Part shown: positions 19,513 to 29,050 of the stretch, one piece after another
How the letters are laid out: each line of letters begins with the position of its first letter
Position numbering within the stretch: the stretch's first letter is position 1
Assembly: GCA_045659905.1 (NCBI GenBank)
Contig: JAZRCT010000054.1
Location: forward strand, 40,546 to 104,545
Origin: Eubacteriales bacterium
GTDB taxonomy: Bacteria; Bacillota; Clostridia; Oscillospirales; CAG-272
DNA length: 64,000 nucleotides
Direction of reading: 5' to 3'
The notes under the pieces: model-generated
What the model saw: only the letters and a program-made list of their open reading frames with translations
Told to the model about the DNA's origin: nothing
Databases searched by the model: none
Made by a program: the position numbers and the translations under genes

Positions 19513-21012
19513 TCAGTCGTCAGCGCCGCCAAGAGATTCGAGCGCACCCTGCTTTTGAGGTCTTGAATCTCCGTGCTTGACGAAGAACATCGTAACGAAC
19601 GAAAGCGCCACGAAAAGAGTACCGAACGAGAAGAACATAGCTCTCATTCCGAACAAATCGTAAAGGAAGCCCGAAAGGATAGGCGCTACTATCTGCGCCG
19701 CCATAGAAGCGGTATAGTAATAGCCCGTATATTTTCCTACCTCGCCGCCCTTAGCAAGCTCAACCACCATCGGGAAGGAGTTGACGTTAATAGTAGCCCA
19801 GCCGATTCCCGCAAGAATAAAGACGGGATACATAACTAATTCAGGCGAATCGAAGCTGATAAAATTACCGATAAAGAACGCGGTGGCAAGCATCGCAACG
19901 CCTGCAAGAATCGTCTTTCTTCTGCCTATCTTAGAGGCTACCATACCTACGGGAATGTAGGCGACAACGGCCGCCGCCTGAGCAATTATAAGCGTAAGAT
20001 TGAAATCGAAGAAAAGAACGTTCGTCGCATATACAGAATACTTGCTGGTGATTGAATTGTAGCCTATATACCAAAGCGCAACCGATGCAAGTATCAACGC
20101 AAGCGATTTAAGCTCTGCCCCGGAAAGAGTGCGCTTCTCGCCGTCGGCACTCTCGGTGGGCTTCTCCTCAAGTCCAAGCTCCTCGGTGGTACGCTCCATC
20201 TCCTCTGCCCACTTGCGCTCCTTGACGGTAAGAAGGAATACCGTAAGTCCTGCCAGCATAATGCCGCAAACCGCTACTACGTAGCCCGTATACTGCATAT
20301 ACTTATTTTCCGAGGTCTTGAATATCATACCGAGGACGAGGACAAGAATACCGCCGCCCGTGCCCATAAGATTGATTATAGCATTTCCCTTTGAGCGCAG
20401 AGGCTTCACGGTGACGTCAGGCATAAGCGCAACCGCAGGAGAGCGGAAGGTCGCCATCGAAATAAGCGTAAGCAGAAGCACGCCGATAAAGCCTACGATA
20501 GGCCAAAGGTTGCCAAGAGTGATATTCAAGGTCTCCTCTCTTACAAGCTCAAGGCTATCGTTGATAGATTCAATAGTGGCTCTTGCCGCCTCGACCGCAG
20601 CCTGATTTCCAAGCTTACCCGCTTCCTTAAGCGCAAGATTTGCCTCCTTAAGCTCAAGAGCCAACGCCTGATATCTTTCGCTGATGCCTGCATCTATTAC
20701 AGACTTAAGCTGTATTCCGTCTATAAGCGTAAGTGAGATAAAGGCGATAACCGCCGCAACCGTGCCTATCACGATAAACGGAGTTCTCTTTCCGAATCTC
20801 GTCATAATCTTATCGGAAATCGCTCCGAAAATCGGGAGCATAAACACCGCAAGAATATTATCAGCCGACATTACTATGCCCGAGAGCGTCTGGGGTAAGC
20901 CGAAATGATTGGTCAAAGCGAGAGGGATTATTGCGTCGTACGCCTGCCAGAAGGCGCTTATAAGAAAAAATGCGAATCCAACGAGTATTGTGCGCTTGTA
21001 ATTTAGCTTCAT
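19513..21012 (-). CDS. MFS transporter (GPH/SLC45-like) with a long helical loop insertion
   Basis: 499 aa with about 12 hydrophobic segments. An A/E/L-rich insertion of about 70 aa (ERYQALALELKEANLALKEAGKLGNQAAVEAARATIES...) follows the third or fourth helix. Confidence 0.8.
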   Translation of the reverse strand: MKLNYKRTILVGFAFFLISAFWQAYDAIIPLALTNHFGLPQTLSGIVMSADNILAVFMLPIFGAISDKIMTRFGKRTPFIVIGTVAAVIAFISLTLIDGIQLKSVIDAGISERYQALALELKEANLALKEAGKLGNQAAVEAARATIESINDSLELVREETLNITLGNLWPIVGFIGVLLLTLISMATFRSPAVALMPDVTVKPLRSKGNAIINLMGTGGGILVLVLGMIFKTSENKYMQYTGYVVAVCGIMLAGLTVFLLTVKERKWAEEMERTTEELGLEEKPTESADGEKRTLSGAELKSLALILASVALWYIGYNSITSKYSVYATNVLFFDFNLTLIIAQAAAVVAYIPVGMVASKIGRRKTILAGVAMLATAFFIGNFISFDSPELVMYPVFILAGIGWATINVNSFPMVVELAKGGEVGKYTGYYYTASMAAQIVAPILSGFLYDLFGMRAMFFSFGTLFVALSFVTMFFVKHGDSRPQKQGALESLGGADD

Positions 21013-21224
21013 ATTCGTCCTCTTTACTTAATTTTTCAAGTTTTTGACACTCGAGATAGAAATTTCCAAAAAATTTATCTATAATATAATAATACACGCC
21101 TGCGCAATTTGTCAACCCAATTTTTAAATATATACGTTTACCGTGGCAATGCGCATAGCCGTACTTGACATTCTGCCGCCTAAATGGTAAAATAGTACGT
21201 TAATATACGAAAAGGAGGAGCGTT

Positions 21225-22163
21225 ATGCTTGCGCTGAGGTATGAAAGAAATATAAAAAATATACCGCCCTGCGTGATTGCGCTCGGCTTTTTCGACGGAG
21301 TGCATATTGCGCACCGTACCCTGCTCGCCTCGGCAAGGGCGCTTGCCGACGAACTATCTCTGCCGCTTGCGGTGTTCACCTTTTTCTCGGAATCAAGAGA
21401 GCTGAAAAGCTCCTCGCTGCGGCTTTATTCCACCGAGGAAAAGCTGGAGCTTCTCTCGGAGTGTAAGGTCGACCTTGTACTGCTTGCCGACTTTTCCGAG
21501 CTTAAGAATATTTCGGGGGAGGATTTCGTAAAGCAAATTCTTGTAAACGAGCTTCAGGCAAAGGCAGTAGCAGCAGGCTACAATTTTACCTACGGCAAGG
21601 GCGGCAACGGAAATATCGGCACTCTTGAAAAATTGCTGCTCGAGGCAGGCGCTATCTGCCTTAAGGTAGACGAGGAAAGGCTTGACGGCAAGACGCTTTC
21701 GACCACCTATATAAGGTCGCTTCTTGACGAAAGACGCTTAAGGGAGGCAACCGCCGCCCTCGGCAAGCCCTACTTTCTTTCGGGCGAGGTCATACGGGGT
21801 AAGGGACTTGGACACAAGCTTGGTATGCCCACCGTGAATATATCGCTCGACCAAGGAAGATATAATCTTAAAAGCGGAGTATACGCTACCGCCGCAGAGC
21901 TTAAGGGCGAGCTTTATCTTTCAATTACGAATATCGGCACCTGCCCGACCTTTGGAGAAAGAGAGCTTCACGCCGAGACCGAAATTTTCGGCTTTGACGG
22001 CGACCTTTACGGCGAGAGGATACGGATATATTTCCTTGATTATTTAAGAGAAGAAAAAGCATTTAAAGACGAAAAAGAGCTATTAATGCAAATAAAACTT
22101 GACAAAGAAGCTGTAATTCGCTTCGAAAATGAGGTATCATGGCAGGAGCTTGGACTAAAATAA
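21225..22163 (+). CDS. ribF: bifunctional riboflavin kinase / FMN adenylyltransferase
   Basis: 312 aa with an N-terminal GFFDGVHIAH nucleotidyltransferase motif and a C-terminal riboflavin kinase domain (GMPTVN, E...FGFDGDLYG). Confidence 0.9.
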   Translation: MLALRYERNIKNIPPCVIALGFFDGVHIAHRTLLASARALADELSLPLAVFTFFSESRELKSSSLRLYSTEEKLELLSECKVDLVLLADFSELKNISGEDFVKQILVNELQAKAVAAGYNFTYGKGGNGNIGTLEKLLLEAGAICLKVDEERLDGKTLSTTYIRSLLDERRLREATAALGKPYFLSGEVIRGKGLGHKLGMPTVNISLDQGRYNLKSGVYATAAELKGELYLSITNIGTCPTFGERELHAETEIFGFDGDLYGERIRIYFLDYLREEKAFKDEKELLMQIKLDKEAVIRFENEVSWQELGLK

Positions 22164-23053
22164 GTGTAAGAGTTGACGTGAAAGATATCGATAAGACGGC
22201 AGATATCATAAGTATGCTTGACAACGGCGTTATGATAGAGGATTTCAGCGATTTTTCGCTGAACGGAATGTACGGCGAGCTTGTAGACGAAAGCATACTG
22301 AGCGCAGACAAAACCAAGGCTACGGCTTCAATCTTCGTTCCTGCGGAAAAGGAGCTTTCCGAATACACCGAGTATATAAGCAGGCGTCTGCCCGAGGAGA
22401 ATATTCCTTATGAAATGTCTCTTTTTCAAATAGAGGAGGACTCTTGGGCTGACTCTTGGAAAAAATACTTTGAGCCTATAAAGGAGGGCAGGCTTACCGT
22501 TGCGCCGAGCTGGGAGGAATACCCCGAGGAGGGCGGCGAGCTTGTAATAAGAATAGACCCGGGAATGGCGTTTGGCACGGGCGCACACGAGACGACGAGG
22601 CTCGTTATGCGGCTTATGCAGGAGGCGATTTCCGAAGGCGACGCCGTCCTTGATATCGGCTGCGGCTCGGGAATACTCTCAATCTGCGCAAGCAAGCTTG
22701 GCGCAGGCGAGGTATTCGGCTACGATATAGACCCCGTAGCGGTAAAGGTATCGCGTGAGAATGCGCAAATAAACGATGCCAACAATATCACCTTTGGCAC
22801 ATCAGACCTGCTTTCGGGCGTCAAAAGGCAAAAGGCGGGCTACGACGTCTGCGTGGCTAATATAGTCGCAGAAATCATAATCCGTATGCTCCCCGATATA
22901 GCCTCCTACCTCAAGCCGCACGCACCGATTGTTCTTTCGGGAATCGTCAAGGATAAAAGGGACGAGGTTCTTCTTGCGGCAAGCAAGTACGGCTTTTCGC
23001 TTAAGGCAGAGGCAGAGGAAAACGATTGGGTTGCGCTGAAAATTGCGAAATGA
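22139..23053 (+). CDS. prmA: ribosomal protein L11 methyltransferase
   Basis: 304 aa with IDPGMAFGTGAHETT and the DIGCGSGILS SAM motif. Confidence 0.9.
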   Translation: MAGAWTKISVRVDVKDIDKTADIISMLDNGVMIEDFSDFSLNGMYGELVDESILSADKTKATASIFVPAEKELSEYTEYISRRLPEENIPYEMSLFQIEEDSWADSWKKYFEPIKEGRLTVAPSWEEYPEEGGELVIRIDPGMAFGTGAHETTRLVMRLMQEAISEGDAVLDIGCGSGILSICASKLGAGEVFGYDIDPVAVKVSRENAQINDANNITFGTSDLLSGVKRQKAGYDVCVANIVAEIIIRMLPDIASYLKPHAPIVLSGIVKDKRDEVLLAASKYGFSLKAEAEENDWVALKIAK

Positions 23054-23091
23054 GCGAGCCTCGGTATTTATATTTAACTAAGGAGACTTTT

Positions 23092-23826
23092 ATGCCACAC
23101 TTTTTCGTAGACAAATCGAGCATCGCAAGCGACACGCTTTTCATAGACGGCGACGACGCAAGACACATTTCCCGTTCCTTAAGAATGGCGGTCGGTGATG
23201 GGCTTTCGGTATCCGACGGCGAGGGACGGGTATATTCCTGCGAGCTTACTAAAATCCGTGACGAGAGGTGCGAAGCAAGGATTCTTGGCAGCACGCTCTC
23301 CGAGGCGGAAAGCCCCGTTTCCATAACGCTTTATATGGCGTATCCGAAATCGGACAAGCTAGAAGCAATAATACAGAAATCCTGCGAGCTTGGCGCTATG
23401 AAAATAGTACCCTTTGAATCCTCCCGCTGCATAAAGCGCCCGAGCGAGGACAAGGCGGAAAAGCGCCTTTTGAGATTCAACCGCATTGCAAAGGAGGCGT
23501 GCGGACAGTGCGGACGAGGAAGTCTTGCGACGGTCGGCGGCACGCTGTCGTTTTGTGAGGTTATCAGCGAATGCAAGGAATACGACCTTGCGCTCTTTTG
23601 CTACGAGGGTGACGGTACAATTCCTCTGCCTCAGCTCTTATCTGCGGCAAGAAGTGCAAAAAGCATCGCCGTAGTAGTCGGAAGCGAGGGCGGTTTTTCG
23701 CCTGAAGAGGCTGCGGAGGCGAAAAGCGCAGGACTTTCTATGACGGGGCTTGGCAAAAGAATATTAAGATGCGAGACCGCTCCCAGCTTCGTACTCAGCG
23801 CAATAAGCTATGCTTTTGAGCTGTAA
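23092..23826 (+). CDS. rsmE: 16S rRNA (uracil1498-N3)-methyltransferase
   Basis: Start set at the ATG at 23092 (MPHFFVD...), which has an AAGGAG RBS. The C-terminus has a SPOUT knot (VVGSEGGFSPEE, LGKRILRCETA). Confidence 0.9.
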   Translation: MPHFFVDKSSIASDTLFIDGDDARHISRSLRMAVGDGLSVSDGEGRVYSCELTKIRDERCEARILGSTLSEAESPVSITLYMAYPKSDKLEAIIQKSCELGAMKIVPFESSRCIKRPSEDKAEKRLLRFNRIAKEACGQCGRGSLATVGGTLSFCEVISECKEYDLALFCYEGDGTIPLPQLLSAARSAKSIAVVVGSEGGFSPEEAAEAKSAGLSMTGLGKRILRCETAPSFVLSAISYAFEL

Positions 23827-24075
23827 TTTTGCGAAAATATGGCAAAAAAGTCGGCAAAATCACATAAAATCCGACGAAAATCGAAGTTTTTTTCATTTTG
23901 CTTAATCTTTGAAAAATCGGCATAAATGTCAATTCCAACAAATCAATTGCAATTTTTTTTGTGCAAAAATTAAACTTTTTTTGAAAAACTATTGAAAAAC
24001 GACAAAAAATAAGCTACAATATAGTACAGTATAAACAAAACTACACAGTTTACAGAGTATCGAAAGGGTTATTTT

Positions 24076-25161
24076 ATGTCTAATAGATTATTCCAGACCG
24101 TCATTCACCAGATGAAGGACATACTCGGGAGGACCATCGGTGTTATTGACGACAACGGTATAATAATCGCATCAAGCGAGCTTCGTAAAATCGGAGAGTC
24201 TCGTCAACGCATCAAGGAGGAGCTTGCCTATGCTCAGGGCGTCATTTCCTACGAAGGCTTTACCTACCGTTTTATATCAGGCTCGGGCAGAAACGATTTT
24301 ATAGTTTTCTCAGAAGGTCAGGACGCTACGGCTGAAAAGAACACCGAAATTCTTGCCGTAACGCTCGGCAATATCAAAAGCCTCTATGACGAGAAGTACG
24401 ACAAGGGCTCTTTCATTAAAAATATAATCCTTGACAATATTCTTCCTAGCGATATATATATTAAGTCAAACGAGCTTCATTTCGGCTCCGACGAGTGCCG
24501 TGCGGTATTGGTAATCAAGTTTCAAGGACCTACCGACACCCCGCCCTACGAAATCATTCAGGGCATAGTCGGCGACGACGCAAAAAATTACGTTATCAAT
24601 ATAAGCGAGCAGGATATAGTTGTGGTAAAGGAGGTTGACCGCAACGAGATGTCGGCGGGTCTTGAGTCCTATGCCAAGAGCATTATGAAGGCTATCCAAG
24701 ACAGCCGAGGAGCAAAGGTTTATATAGGAATTTCCTCCGTGGTTGAGAATCTCAAGGATCTCGCAAGAGCCTACAAGGAAGCAAGAGTAGCGCTTGAGGT
24801 CGGCAAGGTATTCGATATTGAAAAGCCAATTATGTCTTATGAAAATCTCGGTATTGGAAGACTCGTTTATCAGCTTCCCACTACCCTTTGCGAGATTTTC
24901 CTCCAGGAGGTATTCAAGAAGGGCTCTCTTGAATCGCTCGACCGTGAGACTCTTATGACGGTGCAGAGCTTCTTTGAAAACAACTTAAACGTTTCAGAGA
25001 CCAGCCGTAAGCTTTTCGTACATAGAAATACTCTCGTTTACCGTCTTGAGAAGATACGCAAAATCACCGGACTTGACCTTCGTGAATTCGACCACGCAGT
25101 GACCTTCAAGGTTGCGCTTATGGTAAAGAAATATCTCACCAGCAAGCCTACCAAGTTCTGA
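24076..25161 (+). CDS. CdaR/PucR-family transcriptional regulator
   Basis: N-terminal diacid-recognition-like lead (ILGRTIGVIDDNGIIIASSE). C-terminal PucR HTH (ETSRKLFVHRNTLVYRLEKIRKITGLD). Confidence 0.8.
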   Translation: MSNRLFQTVIHQMKDILGRTIGVIDDNGIIIASSELRKIGESRQRIKEELAYAQGVISYEGFTYRFISGSGRNDFIVFSEGQDATAEKNTEILAVTLGNIKSLYDEKYDKGSFIKNIILDNILPSDIYIKSNELHFGSDECRAVLVIKFQGPTDTPPYEIIQGIVGDDAKNYVINISEQDIVVVKEVDRNEMSAGLESYAKSIMKAIQDSRGAKVYIGISSVVENLKDLARAYKEARVALEVGKVFDIEKPIMSYENLGIGRLVYQLPTTLCEIFLQEVFKKGSLESLDRETLMTVQSFFENNLNVSETSRKLFVHRNTLVYRLEKIRKITGLDLREFDHAVTFKVALMVKKYLTSKPTKF

Positions 25162-25276
25162 TAAGCTAATCAGACGTCATAAATTCAAGACCAATTTAAT
25201 AATCATTACCCGAGGGGCTGTTGCATTTATTGCGGCAGCCGCTCGTTAAGTTTACATCCGATAGGGGGGTAAGATT

Positions 25277-26623
25277 ATGACTGAAATTCACACAGGCTCT
25301 AAGCGGCAAAGAAGGGTTGCGGTAATAATTATCGTCCTTTCAATTCTGGCAATTGCGGCAATAATTGCGGGCGCATTTATTCTTGGCTCTGGAAGCTATG
25401 AAAAGAACCGCCTTAAAAGAGCCGTAATCTACACTACGCCCACCGAGGCGAGGACGGTTGCCGACTGTCTCGTTTTCTGGGAATTTCCTGCCTTCAACGA
25501 AGACCTGATTGAGGCAATCGAAGTAAGATACGATTATTACTACTATAAGGAAATCGGCGAAGACTTAGAGGTCGCAAGGACGGCGGCAAATCATTTTATC
25601 GACAATTTCTACGACACGCTCGACCGCACCGATAAGGATACGGTGACAGAGGCTGTTGCCGCATCGTATATTGCGGCGGTTGGCGACACCTACGGCTACT
25701 ACCGCACGGCAGAGCAGGCAAATGAATTCAACAGCGATATGTCGGGAAAGACGGTCGGAATAGGCGTCACGGTCACCAAGGACGTTGAGTGCGGAATTCC
25801 TATTATAGACGTAATTGAAAATTCCCCTGCTGAAAAAGCGGGACTTTTTATCGGCGACCTGATTACAGAAATCGACGGTGAAAGCATCGTTGGCAAGGAT
25901 TACAACGAATCGGTAAACAAAATCCGAGGCGAAAAGGGCTCGTCTGTCACGCTCAAAATTAAAAGAGGTGATAAGGAGCTTACCGTCGACGTAATAAGAG
26001 ACGAGGTTATACAAAAAACCGTCTCCGGCAGTATGCTCGACGGCAATATCGCATATATTAAGATATCGAGCTTCAAGAAGAATACCGACGAGCTTTTTGC
26101 CGAGGAGCTTGATAAGCTTCTCAGCGCAGGAGCTGTAGGCGTCATTTTTGACGTGAGCGTAAACCCGGGCGGATATCTTGATTCGGTCACGAATATGCTC
26201 TCTTATCTTACGCCGACGGGCACGAAGCTCGCAGGCTTCTCAAGCGACAGAGAGTCTATATATTCCACCGAAGGCACGGCGCTTGAGCCTACCGATAAGA
26301 CGCTTTCGCTTCCCGTCGTGGTTATATGCTCGGAGCACACGGCGTCGGCGGGCGAGCTTTTCACAGGAGCAGTCAAGGACTTTCGTGAAATGGGACTTAT
26401 GAATTCGACTGTGATAGGAAAGACTACCTATAAAAAAGGCGTAATGCAGACCACCTTCCAGCTCGGAGGAGGCGATACGATAACGATTACTACCGCTTAC
26501 TATTTCTCTCCGCTCGGAGCAAACAACGATATAGACGGAGTATCACCCGACGTATTCGTTGAGGATAAAAACGATTATCTAACCACAGCGATTTCGGAAA
26601 TGAACAAGCTATTAAATCAATAG
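25277..26623 (+). CDS. ctp: S41-family C-terminal processing peptidase, membrane-anchored
   Basis: N-terminal TM helix, a PDZ segment (SPAEKAGLFIGDLITEIDGESI) and the S41 catalytic region (SEHTASAGELF). Confidence 0.85.
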   Translation: MTEIHTGSKRQRRVAVIIIVLSILAIAAIIAGAFILGSGSYEKNRLKRAVIYTTPTEARTVADCLVFWEFPAFNEDLIEAIEVRYDYYYYKEIGEDLEVARTAANHFIDNFYDTLDRTDKDTVTEAVAASYIAAVGDTYGYYRTAEQANEFNSDMSGKTVGIGVTVTKDVECGIPIIDVIENSPAEKAGLFIGDLITEIDGESIVGKDYNESVNKIRGEKGSSVTLKIKRGDKELTVDVIRDEVIQKTVSGSMLDGNIAYIKISSFKKNTDELFAEELDKLLSAGAVGVIFDVSVNPGGYLDSVTNMLSYLTPTGTKLAGFSSDRESIYSTEGTALEPTDKTLSLPVVVICSEHTASAGELFTGAVKDFREMGLMNSTVIGKTTYKKGVMQTTFQLGGGDTITITTAYYFSPLGANNDIDGVSPDVFVEDKNDYLTTAISEMNKLLNQ

Positions 26624-26684
26624 TTTGACTAAATAAGTTTACAAAATTAACATAAATACAATAAATTCAGGAGAACTAATCACA

Positions 26685-27170
26685 ATGGCAGAAACGAAAA
26701 TCTACACACCTCAAGGTTTCAAGGCGCTTCAGGACGAGCTTGACTACCTCGTCAACGTAAAGGTAGAGGAAAATAAAAAGGAGATATCCACCGCACGCTC
26801 CTTCGGCGACCTTTCCGAGAATTCCGAGTACGATGCAGCTAAGGAGGAGCAGGGCAAGATTCACGCAAGAATTGCCGAGCTTCGTGAGATGATAGCTCAC
26901 GCAAAGGTGCTTGACGAATCCCAGATAGACGAATCTAAGGTAAGCGTAGGCTCTATTGTAGTTCTTGACAATATTACGAGAAACAAGGAATTTACCTATC
27001 ACATAGTAGGCTCTTACGAACCCGACCCTATGAACGGCAAGATTTCTGACGACTCGCCCATTGGCAGAGCGCTTCTCGGTGCGCAGGCAGGCGACGAGGT
27101 CGTAGTAGGCGGATGCGCAAAGGAGCAGGTGCTCAGAATCAAGAGCGTCAGCCGTGCAAACAACGACTGA
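26685..27170 (+). CDS. greA: transcription elongation factor GreA
   Basis: 161 aa with the GDLSENSEYDAAKEEQ coiled-coil tip motif and a C-terminal FKBP-like domain. Confidence 0.95.
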   Translation: MAETKIYTPQGFKALQDELDYLVNVKVEENKKEISTARSFGDLSENSEYDAAKEEQGKIHARIAELREMIAHAKVLDESQIDESKVSVGSIVVLDNITRNKEFTYHIVGSYEPDPMNGKISDDSPIGRALLGAQAGDEVVVGGCAKEQVLRIKSVSRANND

Positions 27171-27201
27171 TAATCCATAAAGAATTTAGAGGGAAATTAA
27201 A

Positions 27202-28728
27202 ATGGCAGAAAATCAAAACACCGTTCTTAACGACACAAGCGAGCTTAAGGTTCGCAGAGATAAGCTTGTAGCTCTGGTAGAAGCAGGCAAGAATCCCTTT
27301 GAGATAACCAAATACGACGTTACCGCAACCTCAACCTCCGCCAAGGCAGAATACGAGGCTAAGGAGCCTCAGCTTATCGGCGAGGACGGAGAAATAAAGG
27401 ACACAATCACCGTGCGTGTAGCGGGCAGAATGGTATCAAGACGAGTAATGGGCAAGGCTTCCTTTGCTCACCTTCTTGACGGCGAGGGCAAAATTCAGCT
27501 CTACGTTTGCCGTGACGACCTCGGCGAGGAGGCTTACGCAGGCTTCAAGAAATGGGACGTTGGCGACGTAATTGGCGTAGAGGGCGTGCTTTTCCGTACC
27601 AGAACGGGCGAGGTTTCAATTCACGCAAAGAGCGCAACGCTTCTTGCAAAGTCGCTTCTTCCGCTTCCCGAAAAGTTCCACGGTCTTACCAATCTTGAGC
27701 AGAGATACAGACAAAGATACGTAGACCTTATCGTGAATCCCGAGGTTAAGGACACCTTCGTGAAGCGTTCTAAGATACTTTCGATAATCCGCTCCTACCT
27801 TGATTCAAAGGGCTACCTTGAGGTGGACACCCCGATACTTCTTCCTATCGAAATCGGCGCTTCCGCACGCTCTTTTAAAACCCATCACAACACTCTTGAT
27901 ATACCTATGTATCTCCGTATAGAGACCGAGCTTTACCTCAAGCGCCTTATCGTCGGCGGTATGAACAAGGTATACGAGGTTGGAAGAATATTCCGCAACG
28001 AGGGAATGGACCCCAAGCACAATCCCGAATTTACCACCATAGAGCTTTACGAGGCGTTCACCGATTACTACGGTATGATGGACCTCGTTGAGGAGCTTTA
28101 CAAGCTTCTTGCCAAGGAAATCTGCGGCGACACGAAGATTACCTATCAGGGAACCGAAATAGACCTCGGCAAGTGGGAAAGACTTACTATGGTAGAGGCT
28201 GTCAAGAAATACGCAGGCGTAGATTACGCCGACTGGAAGTCCGACGAGGACGCAAGAGCAGACGCTAAGCGTCTTCACGTAGAAGTACCTGCCGATGCAA
28301 CCCGTGGCACGGTGCTCGTCGAGCTTTTCGATGCGTACGTCGAGGACAAGCTCATTCAGCCTACCTTTATCTACGACTACCCCGTAGAAAATTCGCCTCT
28401 CGCTAAGAGAAAGCCCGAAAATCCCCTCTTTACCGAGAGATTTGAATACTTTATCAACTGCACCGAGTACGGCAACGCATTCTCTGAGCTTAACGACCCA
28501 ATTGACCAGCGTGAGAGATTTGAAAGTCAGGTAGCAAAGAAGAAGGCTGAAGACCCGACCTCTCCCGCCGAGGTAGATTACGACTACGTCACCGCCCTCG
28601 AATACGGTATGCCTCCCACAGGCGGACTTGGCTTCGGCGTCGACAGACTCGTAATGCTCCTTACCGACTCCGCATCAATCCGTGACGTGCTTCTTTTCCC
28701 CACTATGAAGCCGGAGGCAAATAATTAA
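27202..28728 (+). CDS. lysS: lysine--tRNA ligase (class II)
   Basis: 508 aa with an OB-fold N-domain, FRNEG motif 2 and GGLGFGVDRLVMLL motif 3. Confidence 0.95.
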   Translation: MAENQNTVLNDTSELKVRRDKLVALVEAGKNPFEITKYDVTATSTSAKAEYEAKEPQLIGEDGEIKDTITVRVAGRMVSRRVMGKASFAHLLDGEGKIQLYVCRDDLGEEAYAGFKKWDVGDVIGVEGVLFRTRTGEVSIHAKSATLLAKSLLPLPEKFHGLTNLEQRYRQRYVDLIVNPEVKDTFVKRSKILSIIRSYLDSKGYLEVDTPILLPIEIGASARSFKTHHNTLDIPMYLRIETELYLKRLIVGGMNKVYEVGRIFRNEGMDPKHNPEFTTIELYEAFTDYYGMMDLVEELYKLLAKEICGDTKITYQGTEIDLGKWERLTMVEAVKKYAGVDYADWKSDEDARADAKRLHVEVPADATRGTVLVELFDAYVEDKLIQPTFIYDYPVENSPLAKRKPENPLFTERFEYFINCTEYGNAFSELNDPIDQRERFESQVAKKKAEDPTSPAEVDYDYVTALEYGMPPTGGLGFGVDRLVMLLTDSASIRDVLLFPTMKPEANN

Positions 28729-28750
28729 TTAGATAAGCAGGATAGAAACA

Positions 28751-28812
28751 GGGGTGCTTTGCAGCCAAAGCACCCCTCGACACCCCGAAAGCATTTTTGG
28801 AGGTGTTTTTTT
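28751..28812 (+). terminator. two-hairpin terminator module, copy A
   Basis: GGGGTGCTTTG-CAGC-CAAAGCACCCC (28751-28776), then ACACCCC-GAAAGCATTTTT-GGAGGTGT plus T7 (28780-28812). It lies 23 nt after the lysS stop. Confidence 0.75.
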
Positions 28813-28951
28813 ATTGCCTTACGGCAATATCACTCTTCACGCAAGTGAAGAATATAACTCCTCACGTAAGTGAGGAATATCACTGTCGCCTGAGCGACAA
28901 TATCACTCCTTGCGAAGCACTCCCCAAGGTGAATATATAAGCCTTATATTC
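28813..28951 (+). repeat. mini-hairpin micro-array A (conserved word AATATCACT)
   Basis: Hairpins are ATTGCC-TTAC-GGCAAT, CTTCAC-GCAA-GTGAAG, CCTCAC-GTAA-GTGAGG, GTCGC-CTGA-GCGAC, CCTTG...CAAGG and GAATATA-N7-TATATTC. The first five alternate with AATATCACT at 28826, 28876 and 28899 and the variant AATATAACT at 28851. Confidence 0.75.
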
Positions 28952-29050
28952 CCGTATACAAATAATTTACACAGGCTCGCTTGACTTGCCATATTGATAT
29001 ATGATAAAATAGGTGAAAAGCGAAATGAAGCCTTGCGAAAGGAGCGTCAA

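Noticed and set aside
23830-23920. 28-codon ORF (MAKKSAKSHKIRRKSKFFSFCLIFEKSA) upstream of the CdaR-like regulator
   Set aside because: It has no RBS, lies in an A+T-rich promoter region and shows no sign of conservation. It is most likely fortuitous.
28751-28812. Four-segment attenuator in which the hairpin-1 3' arm pairs with the terminator 3' arm
   Set aside because: In copy A, CAAAGCACCCC could pair with GGGGTGTTTT. In copy B the corresponding arms mismatch at several positions, so the alternative pairing is not conserved.
28813-28951. Possible CRISPR array (also 30146-30268 and 40976-41139)
   Set aside because: The conserved unit is only 8-9 nt and the variable parts are 14-16 nt self-complementary hairpins. 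The period is about 16-25 nt and there are no cas genes or leader. The architecture is incompatible with CRISPR.
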